64,000 nt of DNA from the NCBI GenBank assembly GCA_002633005.1, contig NMRA01000286.1, forward strand, positions 484,503 through 548,502, given 5' to 3'. A model generated the notes under the pieces. That model had not been told where the DNA came from and did not search any database. It saw nothing but the letters and a program-made list of their open reading frames with translations. Below, piece by piece: positions 24,231-37,100 of this stretch. Both the position numbers and the translations under genes were made by a program. The DNA is from Phoronis australis. Lineage: Eukaryota; Animalia; Phoronida. Position 1 is the first letter of the stretch, and each line of letters opens with the position of its first letter.

Positions 24231-24935
24231 CTTCCCGCTTCATTTTTACTAAAAAAACCCATGGAATAGATTTTAATGCAAGTTAATTCAGTCTAAGCTT
24301 AAAAGAACGCTCATTCAACACAACTCCAAATACTTTCAAACTTATCTGAAATTATGATTTCTTGATTTGCTTTTCAATTTCCCGTGGTGTACCACCACCT
24401 AAAATGGCCGCCGTAGTGAGTGACAGCGGACTCATGCATAGCGGGTATTTACTAAATTGCCGCCATATGTAACAAGGCTTCCGCGTTTACCCTCCCACTT
24501 TTTAAAAATAAAAATTAGTAGCAAACCAAGACAAAAACAAGCAGGGCTGAAAGTTACGAAATGTTTATATTTTAGTGATATCTGTCGAATGACGAAACTC
24601 CTCATGAGAACTAAATTGGTGAATATAAACATTTCTTAAATTTCAGGTTGAGGTTGCTTTATTTTACTGTAAACTTTTTGAAAAGATTTTTATTTTTATT
24701 TTTTCATTGCTTATGACGGCAGTTGAGTAAGCTCACACAATGCATGAGTCAGCTGTCACTCACTACAGCTGCCATTTTAGGGAGTGGCGCACCACCAAAA
24801 CGAAATTAATTAATTCAGTTAAGATGAAAATATTTGGAGTTGTTTTAAATGAGGATAATTTGGCTTTAGTTTCGGCTGAAGTAACTGGCGTTAAAACGTT
24901 TCTTCAAGTTTTCATCTAAAATGAAGCGGAAAGAA
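24231..24935. mobile_element. foldback/MITE with ~200-bp inverted arms; partial relatives near 22730-22890 and 41420-41680
   Basis: aaaatggccgccgtagtgagtgacagcggactcatgca vs tgcatgagtcagctgtcactcactacagctgccatttt; outer ends cttcccgcttcatttt / aaaatgaagcggaaag. Confidence 0.7.
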
Positions 24936-27900
24936 TATGTTCAATATTGAACTTACTGAGTTGTTTTGTGCTTCGGAAAGATGTGCATTAACGACTGAGA
25001 AATGTCAACAAGTAGTATATCTATTCAGCTGGGTTCAGTTGCATAAAAGTTGCTTTGTCATAAAAGTTGTTTTTTCTTTGTTTGCTTTCTGTTTCTTTGT
25101 TCTCAGATCGCTACAGATCAATTTTTGGTTTGAGGAGCCAATGCGCTATATGTATGGTGACGACACGTCATTGCTCGCCAAGCCAGGCAGCGCGTGCCAC
25201 GCGGTCCGCCATATTGGTAGGGGGGAAGAAATGTAGACAAAAGCACGTTCGCGTTATGAAAGCCTACAATAAAATTTTAAATACTAGAGAGGTTTTACAA
25301 TATTGATAACACAAAGCAAAGTAAGCCTGTAACCTACGCACTGCTTATTAAACGGTTAGTGCACAGACAAATTACCCCTGGCCAATGCTTTGGCTGGATT
25401 TCTCTGCTACTACGGCCTGCCTGGGAGGTCCCGGCCGACTCATATGTATTTTAAAAACACAATTACACCGAAATATAAACATTTTGTAAAGTTTGGAAAA
25501 TGTTTCCTTTATACCTTTGTATAGTTATCTACGTCATTAATTTTTTAGTTATTTTAACTGTATAGTAATTAGTTTCAGTTGCTTTCAAACCGACAAGATG
25601 ATCAGCTGGCAAAGGGACACTCCCGCCATTGAACACTGCATTCCCAAACTTTTAGGCTGGGTTTGTAGGGGAACTTCTTTTTCTGTCAGCGTTGGCTCAT
25701 CGTTTTGGCATACACAATAAATAGATCCAAAGGGCTAAGGTAAATTCTATGAACTTCCCCTACCTGGATCCCATCTGAACTGAAGTATTGAACACACTGC
25801 TTGTACGTTCGAAGTACGCATGTAGAAGTGCTGAGGTGTCCTTCAATGGTATACTACGATCATTCAACTCTCTGGTATTACTTGTCCCAGTACCAAAAAT
25901 ATTTTATCGTGGAAAGCCAATGAAATTACATGATCTCAAAATTCAAACCGTTGTATCTTAGACCCTGTTGTCAAAAACACACTTATGGCAAAGCGTGTAC
26001 ATTGGCGGATCCAGAGTTTTAAAAAGGTGTTCGCAAAATTACAACCAATCAATGTACCCCCTTGGATCCGACTTGTTAACCCATATAACTGCTCGGGCTA
26101 GCCTCGGTTAAAGGACGTGGTTTACTAACATCTTTTTAAGTGGGTGCAACAGCTGTTGTAGGGACCAGATAGAGTCAAACAATTGTTTTTGCGATCGGAT
26201 TCTCTACCGCAAAATGATTTTCTTCCAATTTTTAAACTTCAAAAGTCAAAAAATTACACCATTGGTTCTAGGTCCGAGGTCTACTCTTTGTTGTTGAAAT
26301 CGAACTCAACATTATTTTTGAAGTTTTCCGCTCCCCTTAATACAAACTTTAGATATGTGCCAGACTCTATAATTCCGTGCTCGGGTAGGTTAGGTTTTCG
26401 TGGATGATTGTCTAACGATCCTAGTTCGCACTTGATGACACTAACATTAAAGCTATTAGTTCAAGTCCGAACTCGAACTTTCAGTTCTTAATATAAATTG
26501 CGCGTTGATGCTCGAATTGTAGCTCGTATCTAAGAGTCATCAAATGCAAATTTAGACTAGAAACTCAGTGTGTAAATTATAATGTACGCGAGCATAGAAC
26601 TTATTAATACTTATCTTGAGTTTGTACCCAAAACAGTACGTAAAATGGTAAAAACATCTTGAGTTCAATTCCCAGTACAAAAATTAGACCCCGAGTTGTT
26701 TAAAAAATCAGAGACTCTTTTTTAGGAAAAAGGATCCCTACCCATTTCTGGTGGCATCAGGTGACTCCGAGGAAAAAAAGAACCCGATTCATTTCATCTG
26801 GCATAAGACAATGTTGGGGGAGCAAAGACATCGACCCATTTCAGTTGGCCTTTTCTACATGAAACTTTGGACATCTACACACTGACACATCGGAACGTAA
26901 GGTTTCAAATAATGACGAACTAGAACTATATGCTATTATATTTGGCCTAAAAGTCATGAATGCAATAGCCTTTTGAAAAAAATGAGCTTGATCAGCTTCT
27001 GCCTCGACAACCAGTGTTGAATGACTCAGTGAGCAACATGATTCATTCAGTTATTATAGTACTAGGCCACCAACAACTCAATCAATTCAAAATTTTCAGT
27101 TCCGTACTGTGTTTCAGTAGTGGTTGTTCAAGTGAAGTAAGTTGTTGCTGCCTTTACTGTAACGCTTATTTCATGAACAAAACAAAACACTTCACACCTC
27201 TTCTCAAGATCCCACAACAGATCAAAATGTGCACGACTTCAGTAACATAAGCGGCCCATTGTGTTCTTCAGCTTTGCAAGTAATAAAACGCTACACTTGA
27301 CTGGGGATGGGGAAGTCTCACAGCATTTAGTGCTTGACATGATTGCAAAGACTTTAAGGACAACAAAACCTGCAATGTACTCCACAATGTTAGACCACAA
27401 TGAGGGGCGCAGACGGCTGTTGAATGGTACGTGTTAGTAGCTTCTCTTCTTGATGGACTATGATGGCCAGGAGTAATGCCGACGTGGACTGATGAAAAAT
27501 ACCCACGAACTGTCGTCAATTCGTACTGTTGTTCCAACCCACTGAAAACGCAATACAAAAATGAATGAGATCCACGTGGGATAATTTGCATCAACAACGA
27601 ATGCCCCTCTCCAAGCAATCCAGACTTGAAAGTTCCCCGGAGCCGAAATTCGAATACGCCAAAAAGCTCGTATTGCACAGGCAAGCACTTTTCATATATT
27701 GCTCAGTGCCACCTTTTGGCCAAAACACACGTCTTTGTACCCTCAATCAATTATGGAGTTGCACTCGTTTTTCGAGTCACTGTTTTGGTTTATAAGATGT
27801 TGTAAACATTAAAGTCTTAGGCCAAAAATTGTTACCGTGGGCTGCCCCCTGTTTTCTTTTTGAAAATCGAGTTTATGCTGCGGTGTTTTCTTAGTTAACT

Positions 27901-29231
27901 TTTTCACAAAAGAAAGAAACCTGAGTCGAGCAAAAGTGATGCGGGGGTCCATTTTTTTGCACCGCTTGGCAAATGATGGCATTTCAAAACTCAGTGCTAA
28001 CCTTTGGTTACAAACCTTTGTACAGTTTTTAATAATCATGAACCCTTGACTGAAAATGATACGGGAGGGCGATATTTTACTTGGTGAGTTCACACGTCAA
28101 AGTGACTCGGGGAAGAGACCAGAACCAAGTGTTCTTCTTCTCAGGATATATGAGTGCGAGAAATGGGGGTGTTTTTTCATCTAGCATCCATTACAGTTTC
28201 GTGACAATATGGACTTAATCTATCGGGACGAGCTTATGTCTTCACGATACGATGAATTTACGAACAAAAAATGTCCACGCTTCTTCAAGAATCGTACATT
28301 TCCGTATAAGAAACCAGCTACAAATATTCTTGTCATATCGCGCACCCTTGAATAGGAATTTCATTCATCAAGAATCTGTTCCAAGGTTTCAGACCATTGA
28401 ATGCTGACTATCTTTAGACAGCTGGTCTTCAACCACTTCCCCGAATGTCAACATAAACTACAATATATCATCGCAAACGGCCGTAAACACAACTCGTGGT
28501 ATGTCACGTGACGATGACTTTGACACGGATGGAGTTTGCGTGATTGGGGGGAATTCCCAAAAATCAGAAATCAACACTTTGCAATCATCACGCAACGTTG
28601 CTAGACGTAATTACAGGTAAGCATTTGAATGTTGGTATCAACGCATTGAACATAAAAACATGCTTTGACAACTCTGCTTGCACCAAGTGCACGGAATGAC
28701 GTAATTACTGCCGCAGAATGTGTTCGTATATGTTAGCCTCATTTTATACATATATATAGGCCCCTATAAATATAATCATTTTATTACATAACTTTACTTG
28801 TTGATTACCCCCACTTTCTCAGAGAGTGATGTTCAGTAATTCTTCTTTTTCTTAGAACTATATGTTTACGAGCACACTGTGTCTTTCAATGTTTATGGTT
28901 GATTGTTATATCTCGTTGCCCTTAATATACGCTTTACTCAGGTCTTTTCACGACAGTTTGTGTTACGATCTGCAGTTTATTGAAATAGCGGCTAGTTATA
29001 GACCCAACCTCGTTTCCGACAAACCACCGTCGTAGTCGAATCGTATTCTCCCGCGCGCCACAGACACTGCACGTAATATCGATTGTGGTGATGATAATGC
29101 CAACACAATCATGACAAAGGATGGTGACGGTCGTAACGATGACGACGGTATGCGTGGTTACGGCATTGGCGACTGTGAAATTGGATAAACTGAGAATTTG
29201 AAGTACTGCTTCCTTATTGTTTTTATAACAG

Positions 29232-29404
29232 CGGTGGCCGTAGAACAGACAGCAGCAGTATATCGAAACCGAAACCGAAACCCCAGGTCGTCAGTTGATA
29301 TTAATTGCGGTAGTGTCTGCGATCTGTGTCTAATGAACCTTTTCAGAACACAGGTTCTCCCGGTTGTGCTGCACTGCGAATCTGGGTGCGAACCGAAAAA
29401 AGAC
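29232..29404 (+). CDS. candidate coding exon of a small Cys-rich peptide (C-x3-C-x2-C-x15-C-x3-C)
   Basis: Polypyrimidine tract + cag acceptor, GTAAGT donor at a codon boundary; only one frame is open across the exon. Confidence 0.3.
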
Positions 29405-30447
29405 GTAAGTAAATTACTTCTCTCTCCGTTCAGGTCTTTCAACGTGGTCGGTTAACATAATTCGGTATAAAATAACCATGAATTCACGTTATTTGAGACA
29501 GAAGCGGAGAGCATGTGCAACGATATTGGTCTTGCTGCGTTCAGTATTCTGGGAACTAGGGCAGTGCAACTCAGCATGGAGGTCACACACAAGCCAATAG
29601 AGTATGATCTCATAACCGAGTGATTTAGGGTAGTTTAGCGTAAAAGCATGAACTAGGGTGGACTAACATGAAGCAGGTCCTCTACGTACGATTGATAACT
29701 CTCATGTAACGTGTTGACTTAAAGTGTCGTCATCTGAGTTTAGTCCTAGCGCAGAATCGAATCTGAGCGGCATCACAGTCAAACGCTCTGTAATTGATTG
29801 AGCACTATTTGGAAGAATATCTCAACCGTATGTTATCTGGTTAAACCACTGGCGTTGAGTTCAGGGGAAGTCAACGGCGAAAATAAGCGATTTATAATCA
29901 AACCAGAAAAAACACAAAGGATTTTATTGTTTTATAGTTTGGTAACCATTGCGAGTCTGCGCATTAGTTTGGACAATGAACTACCGCTAAGCTCCGCAAA
30001 TCCGTTAGTCGTACAAGTCGGCTAAAGCTTTTTGACAAGAAAATGACAAAAAATCTATTTTTAAATGCCAGATAGAAATGAAACCATGGTTTCTTTAGTA
30101 ACAGGTCATCCCATTCAACACAGAAAAAAACGGTTGTTTAAAGAAAAAATACGCATAATCTAACCGAACAACCCTGTCACCTCATCGTTTGATATCAGTC
30201 GGGTTCATCTCGCTTCGTGTTTTCGGCATACATGTTCCGGGGTTTTGCTTATTTCTTTGCATCTGCTCCACCGATTTACAAAATGTTTGTGTTAATCAGT
30301 CACTAAAGCCTTGAAGAAAAACGGCATATCAGGATTTTTCATTTATTTTTTTGTGTTATTGATCAGCCCTTAAAGTTGGGAGAAGCACATCGAGAATTCA
30401 AACTTTCTGTTTTTTCTGTAAGATTTATTTTAATGTTTGATTTCTAA

Positions 30448-30912
30448 AGGCCTTTCCATATTGACTTAACTCCGGTCTAAACGGAGCGTCGACGTTAACT
30501 GCGATGATAACTAAACCATTCATACTGGCTTCGGTAGTTTAAAGAACATCGAAGTAAACGGCAGGTGACGCTGTTGTCATCGCAGTAATCGCAAGGTAGC
30601 GCAGCAGCTAAGATCTTTTTAATGTGACAATTCGGGGACATTTACATGTGCTAATTGACATAATCTTATTTTTAAATCGATTGGTTATTATTGGAGCAAA
30701 ATATAAGCAGCTATTAGTGACGGTACTACCCTGTAATTGTTGACTGGACCGAAGTTAACCGTTCATACTGCACCGCAGCGTCGACGCTGCGCTTTTAAAT
30801 CCTCCTGTTAACTACGATGTTAACTGGAGCTGTTAACTTCGATCCAGAACCGGAGTTAAGCGTTCATACTGACCGTAACTCCCCAAAGCAACAACGTTAG
30901 TATGAAAGGCCT
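30448..30912. mobile_element. MITE, PIF/Harbinger-like
   Basis: Ends aggcctttccata / tatgaaaggcct; internal repeats of (c)gttcatactg; inner inverted ttaactccgg / ccggagttaa. Confidence 0.55.
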
Positions 30913-31849
30913 GTAAGACTTAATTTTAACTTTAATTTGCGTTTGCGACGTTGAAGATGTCATTATGTTGATGAAGTGACAAAACATGTTTTCAAGAATA
31001 ATGAAATATTATTCTAATATTTTGCATATTGTGTGCAGTTATGCCAAGCATTCAAATAGTAACTCGTTTCCAAAAATGCCGTCGTTTCCATCAGCGGTTT
31101 TTCAGAAAAAAAAAAGCTCACTCGGTGCGATCTAACGGACATTGGACATGGAAAATTGAATAACTAAAATCTAAAAGATCAGCTGACAGTGCATGGTAGA
31201 CGAGAATTGGATAAACATAGACAGTTTCACTAAAATCTTTTACGCCCATTTTGGAAATGATTTTCAGATTGTGGCGGCGTAGTCCGTTTTTTGTGTACCG
31301 CAGAAGATTAAAGTCCTTCTCTCACGCGTTGTTAACCCTTATTACATGGTTAGAAGATGTTATAAGGATCCAAGAAGAACCTACCCCATAACTAATACAC
31401 GATCCGTACTCGAAAACAGTTTAAATGAACGCGCCACTCACGATTCGCACCCGAAGAAACACCGCCATTTTAAACTTGCCGCGAACCCGGAAGTACAATT
31501 CATTCAGGAACCCAGGCCGAGAAAACGCCGTCAGTGCGACTGGAGCAGTGCCTGTACTGTTACCAGCCAGCAAACGGGGATAAAAAAATCGACAGAAACG
31601 GAAATTTTATGGAATTTGCTGAAGAAATGTGGCGAATAAATTTTGACAGAAATTATTTTGCCAGACTCGGGACCGCAGCCTATCGGACCCGGTGCGGATC
31701 GAGACCAGACACTGGCGAACGGTAAATGCATGCGGTTGCAAGCTGTTTTGTCGAAGTAAAATGGTCAAATGATAAATGCTGCATATATTCAAGGGTAGTT
31801 TCAGACACTTGCATGAAATTACGGGCTGGTTAGTCCTGTGTCACACTGC

Positions 31850-32500
31850 NNNNNNNNNNNNNNNNNNNNNNNNNNNNNNNNNNNNNNNNNNNNNNNNNNN
31901 NNNNNNNNNNNNNNNNNNNNNNNNNNNNNNNNNNNNNNNNNNNNNNNNNNNNNNNNNNNNNNNNNNNNNNNNNNNNNNNNNNNNNNNNNNNNNNNNNNNN
32001 NNNNNNNNNNNNNNNNNNNNNNNNNNNNNNNNNNNNNNNNNNNNNNNNNNNNNNNNNNNNNNNNNNNNNNNNNNNNNNNNNNNNNNNNNNNNNNNNNNNN
32101 NNNNNNNNNNNNNNNNNNNNNNNNNNNNNNNNNNNNNNNNNNNNNNNNNNNNNNNNNNNNNNNNNNNNNNNNNNNNNNNNNNNNNNNNNNNNNNNNNNNN
32201 NNNNNNNNNNNNNNNNNNNNNNNNNNNNNNNNNNNNNNNNNNNNNNNNNNNNNNNNNNNNNNNNNNNNNNNNNNNNNNNNNNNNNNNNNNNNNNNNNNNN
32301 NNNNNNNNNNNNNNNNNNNNNNNNNNNNNNNNNNNNNNNNNNNNNNNNNNNNNNNNNNNNNNNNNNNNNNNNNNNNNNNNNNNNNNNNNNNNNNNNNNNN
32401 NNNNNNNNNNNNNNNNNNNNNNNNNNNNNNNNNNNNNNNNNNNNNNNNNNNNNNNNNNNNNNNNNNNNNNNNNNNNNNNNNNNNNNNNNNNNNNNNNNNN
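31850..32500. other. assembly gap
   Basis: Run of N. Confidence 1.
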
Positions 32501-32614
32501 GACCACTAACTACAAACTATAAATACACTACATATGCAAACGAATCACGATATATTACTAATAAAACAAAATAATGAAGACTTTTCGAGCAAGCCATAGC
32601 ACATTCAGTTACAA

Positions 32615-32800
32615 GGAAAAAATGGCGGCGTTCAGGACAAGTTCCTGAACTGATGAGCCGGAAATGTGGGTACGGAAATAACCGATGACAACCGGTAATC
32701 ATACGCTCAGAGAGAAGGGTCAAATACTGTTAAAAATCGCTTTTGGCAAGAAAGGCGAAAAGAATATAAAGAAAGGGTGTCGAAAATAAGAATTTATGTA
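32615..32800 (+). promoter_or_regulatory. candidate promoter / non-coding first exon of the GTPase-like gene
   Basis: YY1-like aaaatggcggc and ETS-like ccggaa motifs; GTAAGT donor at 32801; acceptor tttcaattacag ending 33042, 59 nt before the ATG. Confidence 0.45.
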
Positions 32801-33101
32801 GTAAGTATTTTCGGATACTGGAACCACATGGGCAGTTTGCAAGAAGGACTTTAAAGTTGTTATGCATTTGCTTATCTTATTAACGAAATTTGCTCACCTT
32901 GGTTTGCAAGAATACAATAAATCCCGCATGGGATTTGAACATACCTGTCCTTTTGATCGCTCTGTTTATTACATACTCTTATATATTACTAGCATGATTG
33001 TTGTATCTTCCATGTCCTGAGAAAACAATCTTTCAATTACAGGTTTGATCTGCAAATTTTTGAGCAACGACTAATTCCAACTACTTCTAATACTGGTTTA
33101 A

Positions 33102-34115
33102 ATGGCCTCGCTTATGCCACGGATCAAATGCATCTGGCGTGAACTGACTGCCTTCGCGCTTCAGCTTGTCATTGTTGTATTGTGGATTCTTGGAATGACT
33201 GGCAAATTAGGGCGCCTACCGGACTTCATGGTGAAAATACAACAGTGGAGCGGCCTTATGAACTCTGTTTTTGCAGTTCTGAATGTTGTTATCCTGGTAA
33301 TAATTGCATGTTGTGCCAAAAAGTCAATCGACACTGAAAGACATCCAGAATACAGAAGACTAACCCGGAACATTGTTGAGGTTTACAAGGCCGTAGAGGA
33401 CCGTGATGAGAACATCGAGCAGTGGCTTGTACAGGAACGAAAGCATCGAGACGCACAGTTTCAGCAACTACAGCAGACTCAGAGGCACTTGGTAGACTGC
33501 TTGAATAGAAGGGAACACAAGGAAATGCTAAACATTTTGTCAAACCAGCCGCCACCACAGCCTGTTGTCGTCAAAAGTATCGAGCACAGGCAGCGATTGT
33601 TTTCAGGTGATGCCATCAAAATGGCTGTGGCCGGATCCTCACGCAGTGGCAAAACAAGCTTGTTGAACCGGTGGAGAAATGAAAGCGAGTCCCTCGGCTT
33701 AAAGGTAGAGATGAAGATTGTCAATACAAGCATTGGCAGTGCACCACTGGAGGTCAGTGACATCCCCGGGGACAGTCCTAGTCTGACAAACTCTGGTCAG
33801 GCCTTTGCGTACGATCCCAGTCACCGAATTCAAAATTTTTCATGTGTTGTGATTGTGGTCGACGGCACTAGCGAAAAGTCATTAGATACTGGGATTTGGT
33901 GGTACAAGCAAGCGAGGGTTGATTGTTTTGTCGTGTGTATTGTGAACAAAATTGATCTTCCGAACCAGATGAACCGCGAGATACTCCGAAATCGCTTGCA
34001 TGAAATACCTTGGTACGAAGTTTCCGCGGTAACTGGCTACAATGTGAATCACGTGTTCTCGTTAATCGCACTTGGAGCTGTCCTCGTAGATTGCAAACAA
34101 CAGATTACCGCTTAA
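33102..34115 (+). CDS. membrane-anchored Ras/Rab-like small GTPase domain protein (2 N-terminal TM segments + coiled coil + G domain)
   Basis: Intact 337-aa ORF; G1 GSSRSGKT, G3 DIPG, G4 NKID, G5 EVSAVTG; hydrophobic segments at aa ~15-33 and ~52-72; AATAAA at 34367-34372. Confidence 0.85.
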   Translation: MASLMPRIKCIWRELTAFALQLVIVVLWILGMTGKLGRLPDFMVKIQQWSGLMNSVFAVLNVVILVIIACCAKKSIDTERHPEYRRLTRNIVEVYKAVEDRDENIEQWLVQERKHRDAQFQQLQQTQRHLVDCLNRREHKEMLNILSNQPPPQPVVVKSIEHRQRLFSGDAIKMAVAGSSRSGKTSLLNRWRNESESLGLKVEMKIVNTSIGSAPLEVSDIPGDSPSLTNSGQAFAYDPSHRIQNFSCVVIVVDGTSEKSLDTGIWWYKQARVDCFVVCIVNKIDLPNQMNREILRNRLHEIPWYEVSAVTGYNVNHVFSLIALGAVLVDCKQQITA

Positions 34116-37100
34116 CCAGCGACTTACGTGAAAAGCTGTAGTCGACCATTCTACAGATAGCGTGTTACGTCATGAACACAAGATGATGGGAAAGGTTAAA
34201 TTGTCCAGTCACATCTCGTCACGTAAACTTGGAAAGATTTTATCAGACGTGAGGCTGGCGCAGGGAACAATGTTTAGCGGTAAGAGGCACTGAATATGAT
34301 GGGTCATATCTACATAACGCCGTAAATGGTCCGAGAATCAACAGTGACGATGCTCAGTACGGTTTAAATAAAGGTAACCCGCCGCCAAAATGTTACCCGA
34401 ATCAAACTTTAAAATCAATCTACGATGAGTGGATGACAAATCTGTCAAATTACAAAAAATAATGTTGATTCGTTAACCGTTTTATTGTCTGTTAAAAATT
34501 TTGCTCCAAGTGCCCACCTGCTAGCATCAAGGACACTTACTAGCTGGCAAGACCGTCTTAACCACAGGGCCCCCTCGACACCAAATCGCGTACACCTTGC
34601 AGTTACAAGACCCCACACAACTTATCTCATTGTTTAGAAAACTTGCGACATCAATGTTTTTGGCTTATCGGCAATCCTGCCGATTAATGAACGTGGACGG
34701 TTCATGTTTACCTCTTACCGTTGTGCAGGTAGGGCAAGAAGTCCTAGTGCTCGGGGGGTGGGGGTACTTGCCGGCGGCGAACAAAGTTGGCGTACGCCAT
34801 TGTGTGCAGATGTCATTCGCATATGTTTCAAAAGGTGATTCTCCAGGTGACGTAGACAAAAGCAAGCCAACACGCTTAACAGTTCGTTACATTTGACACT
34901 TTATGGCACTAGAGGGCTCAGGCTATGCTTCTTAACATACTGTAGGAACCAAATTTACAGGTGTTAACGTTCAAGTTAGGCTTTAAAGATACTCTTAACT
35001 ATGCTAATGTAAAGCATGCAGGAACTAAAACTACAATGTTATCTATAAAACGCATCGTTTGCACAAACTCCGTCTTCTCCGCTCCACTACAGACCTTCGT
35101 TGCGCCCGTTTCGGCCCGCCTTGGTCCCAGGTATTTCACCGGCCCCCTATTTGGATTCGAGGTGTTCTATTTTTTTCTCACGGGCCGGAGGGAGGGTGGC
35201 CGGTTTCGTACGTCAGTTCGTCAGCTCAATGGCCTGGGTGACGTCACTCCATCGGCTTAATTTCACTCCCCCCGACTTCTCATCGTGACTGTCGCCGCCA
35301 AAATTAATGGTGCTTTTACCCTGGTGTCGGAGAATTGGCGTTCTTCAGTTATTTTGCTGCTAAAATTGCGATGCGCTCTTTGGGTGCCATTGCGTCTACT
35401 GTTGGTCAATTTCCATGTTATTCAATCAAATGTGAGGTTGCGTAAATGTCATAACAATCGTAAGTGGTTTCATTTCATCACAAGTTTTTACTATTTTATT
35501 ATCATAAAACTCAATTTCAGAAAAACTCTCGAGAGAAATGGCGCGCACGTGCGCGTGTCACAAGTAAGCACTGTTTTCAAAACGACCGCAGATTTTTCAT
35601 TGTTACAAAAGGCGAAGAATTAAGAAAAATAACGTTTAATAGATTGTCTTTTTATTTGTATAAACGGCTATAACGGGCAAGATGAATGTAGGTTCATTCC
35701 CAAATTCTGCATGCACCCCTCTAGGTTGTTAGCTCTAAGTTTCACGACGAGGTGACAAGCTGAGCACCCGTGGTTGTGTGAAATTTTGGTGTCTAATGGA
35801 ACTCTACACACAGCTACCTAGTTGTATGTTGACGATAATCTTCATACAGATAGCTTGGCTTTATACCTCCGGATGTAGGCCTACATTTATGATTCAACGT
35901 GTGTACTATACAGTATTTAAAATGCTTTCTTAGTTTTCACTTGAAAGAATATCTGATTAGCCTGTACTTTGTGTTACGACAGGATCAAATATTCTGGAAA
36001 GAAATTTGTACTGCCTGGGGAAAGTATCCCGCAGCTGCACACCTTGCCTACAGTGACTGTTCTGCTTGAAGCTTTGAACACGGCCTTTTCAAGAAGATAT
36101 CTATCTCTTGCTATGAATGTTCACTCTTAGGAGTACATGTATCTATTTCCCTCGGCGTTTCCCACCGTAGCCCAGTGTTACCCATGCGAAAGCACGGGTA
36201 ACGGCTAGTTTTAACATAATCTACGTTAAACAAAATGCAGTTTTATTCACTGACAACTTGTAAACGTGAAAACAAAAATTCTACAAATAGGTGACCTTCG
36301 CACCAAGGACGACCTCGGGGGCTCACATAGCCTGCGTTATTTCCCAGTATCATGTTACGATACTTTCTGGACACAGTTCAATGATTTGCGGCGGATCATT
36401 TTTACCACAAAACTCGTCTCTCAAAAACATTTGGCCATTTTCAACATGCTACTTCACATTCACACCATCAGTATATGTTGTGTTCCTGTCTAATGTAGCC
36501 AAGCAATATCACAAAGATAAGGAATGAGCGTGCAAGTTCCACTTTAAGCTCCCCTTGCCTTGCCAACCACCAGAATTGACAGTTACGAAATAGAAATTCG
36601 TATTCTTGTATCAATAAAGACCAGTAATGCCATGGCACAGGCAACATTTTTGGGTCACATTATAAATAGGGCCTACATGAATATCTGGGGGGTGTTCTAT
36701 AGACGCGAGGCACTACATAGTAAAGCTACTGTGATCACGTGGTTTGCTTGCAGTGCATGACGATAGCTAAGACTTGCTTTTATCGCCAGAAACTTTCTCT
36801 ACGTAAAGTAATCCTGAATTCGTGGTCTTGTCTATGAACGTACTAGCGTATCGCAGTACACAGGAACTCTGGATGCTTATTTTTGGGCTTCAACGTATTA
36901 AGTGGCTTACTATTGCTTTCGTAAAAGGTAGACATGTTTAAAAAAGGATACTGATTTCAATCATTTTCGTCAAACCCTTAACGCCCACCCAGAATTCTTT
37001 TATGAAAAACAGAGTTGTTTTAGTACTGAGGCCTACTGTAGGTGTGTCAGAGTTGAAATACGAGAATAAATTTGTATCAAATAGCAATATGTTTTATTCA

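Noticed and set aside
27268-27684. 138-aa minus-strand ORF
   Set aside because: GTG start, no recognisable domain or splice support on that strand
31776-32522. Long ORFs in the ORF track
   Set aside because: Artefacts of the N run
34370-35780. Possible Kolobok-like element downstream of the GTPase gene
   Set aside because: A left end (aaaggtaacccg) is suggestive but no matching right TIR or TSD was found
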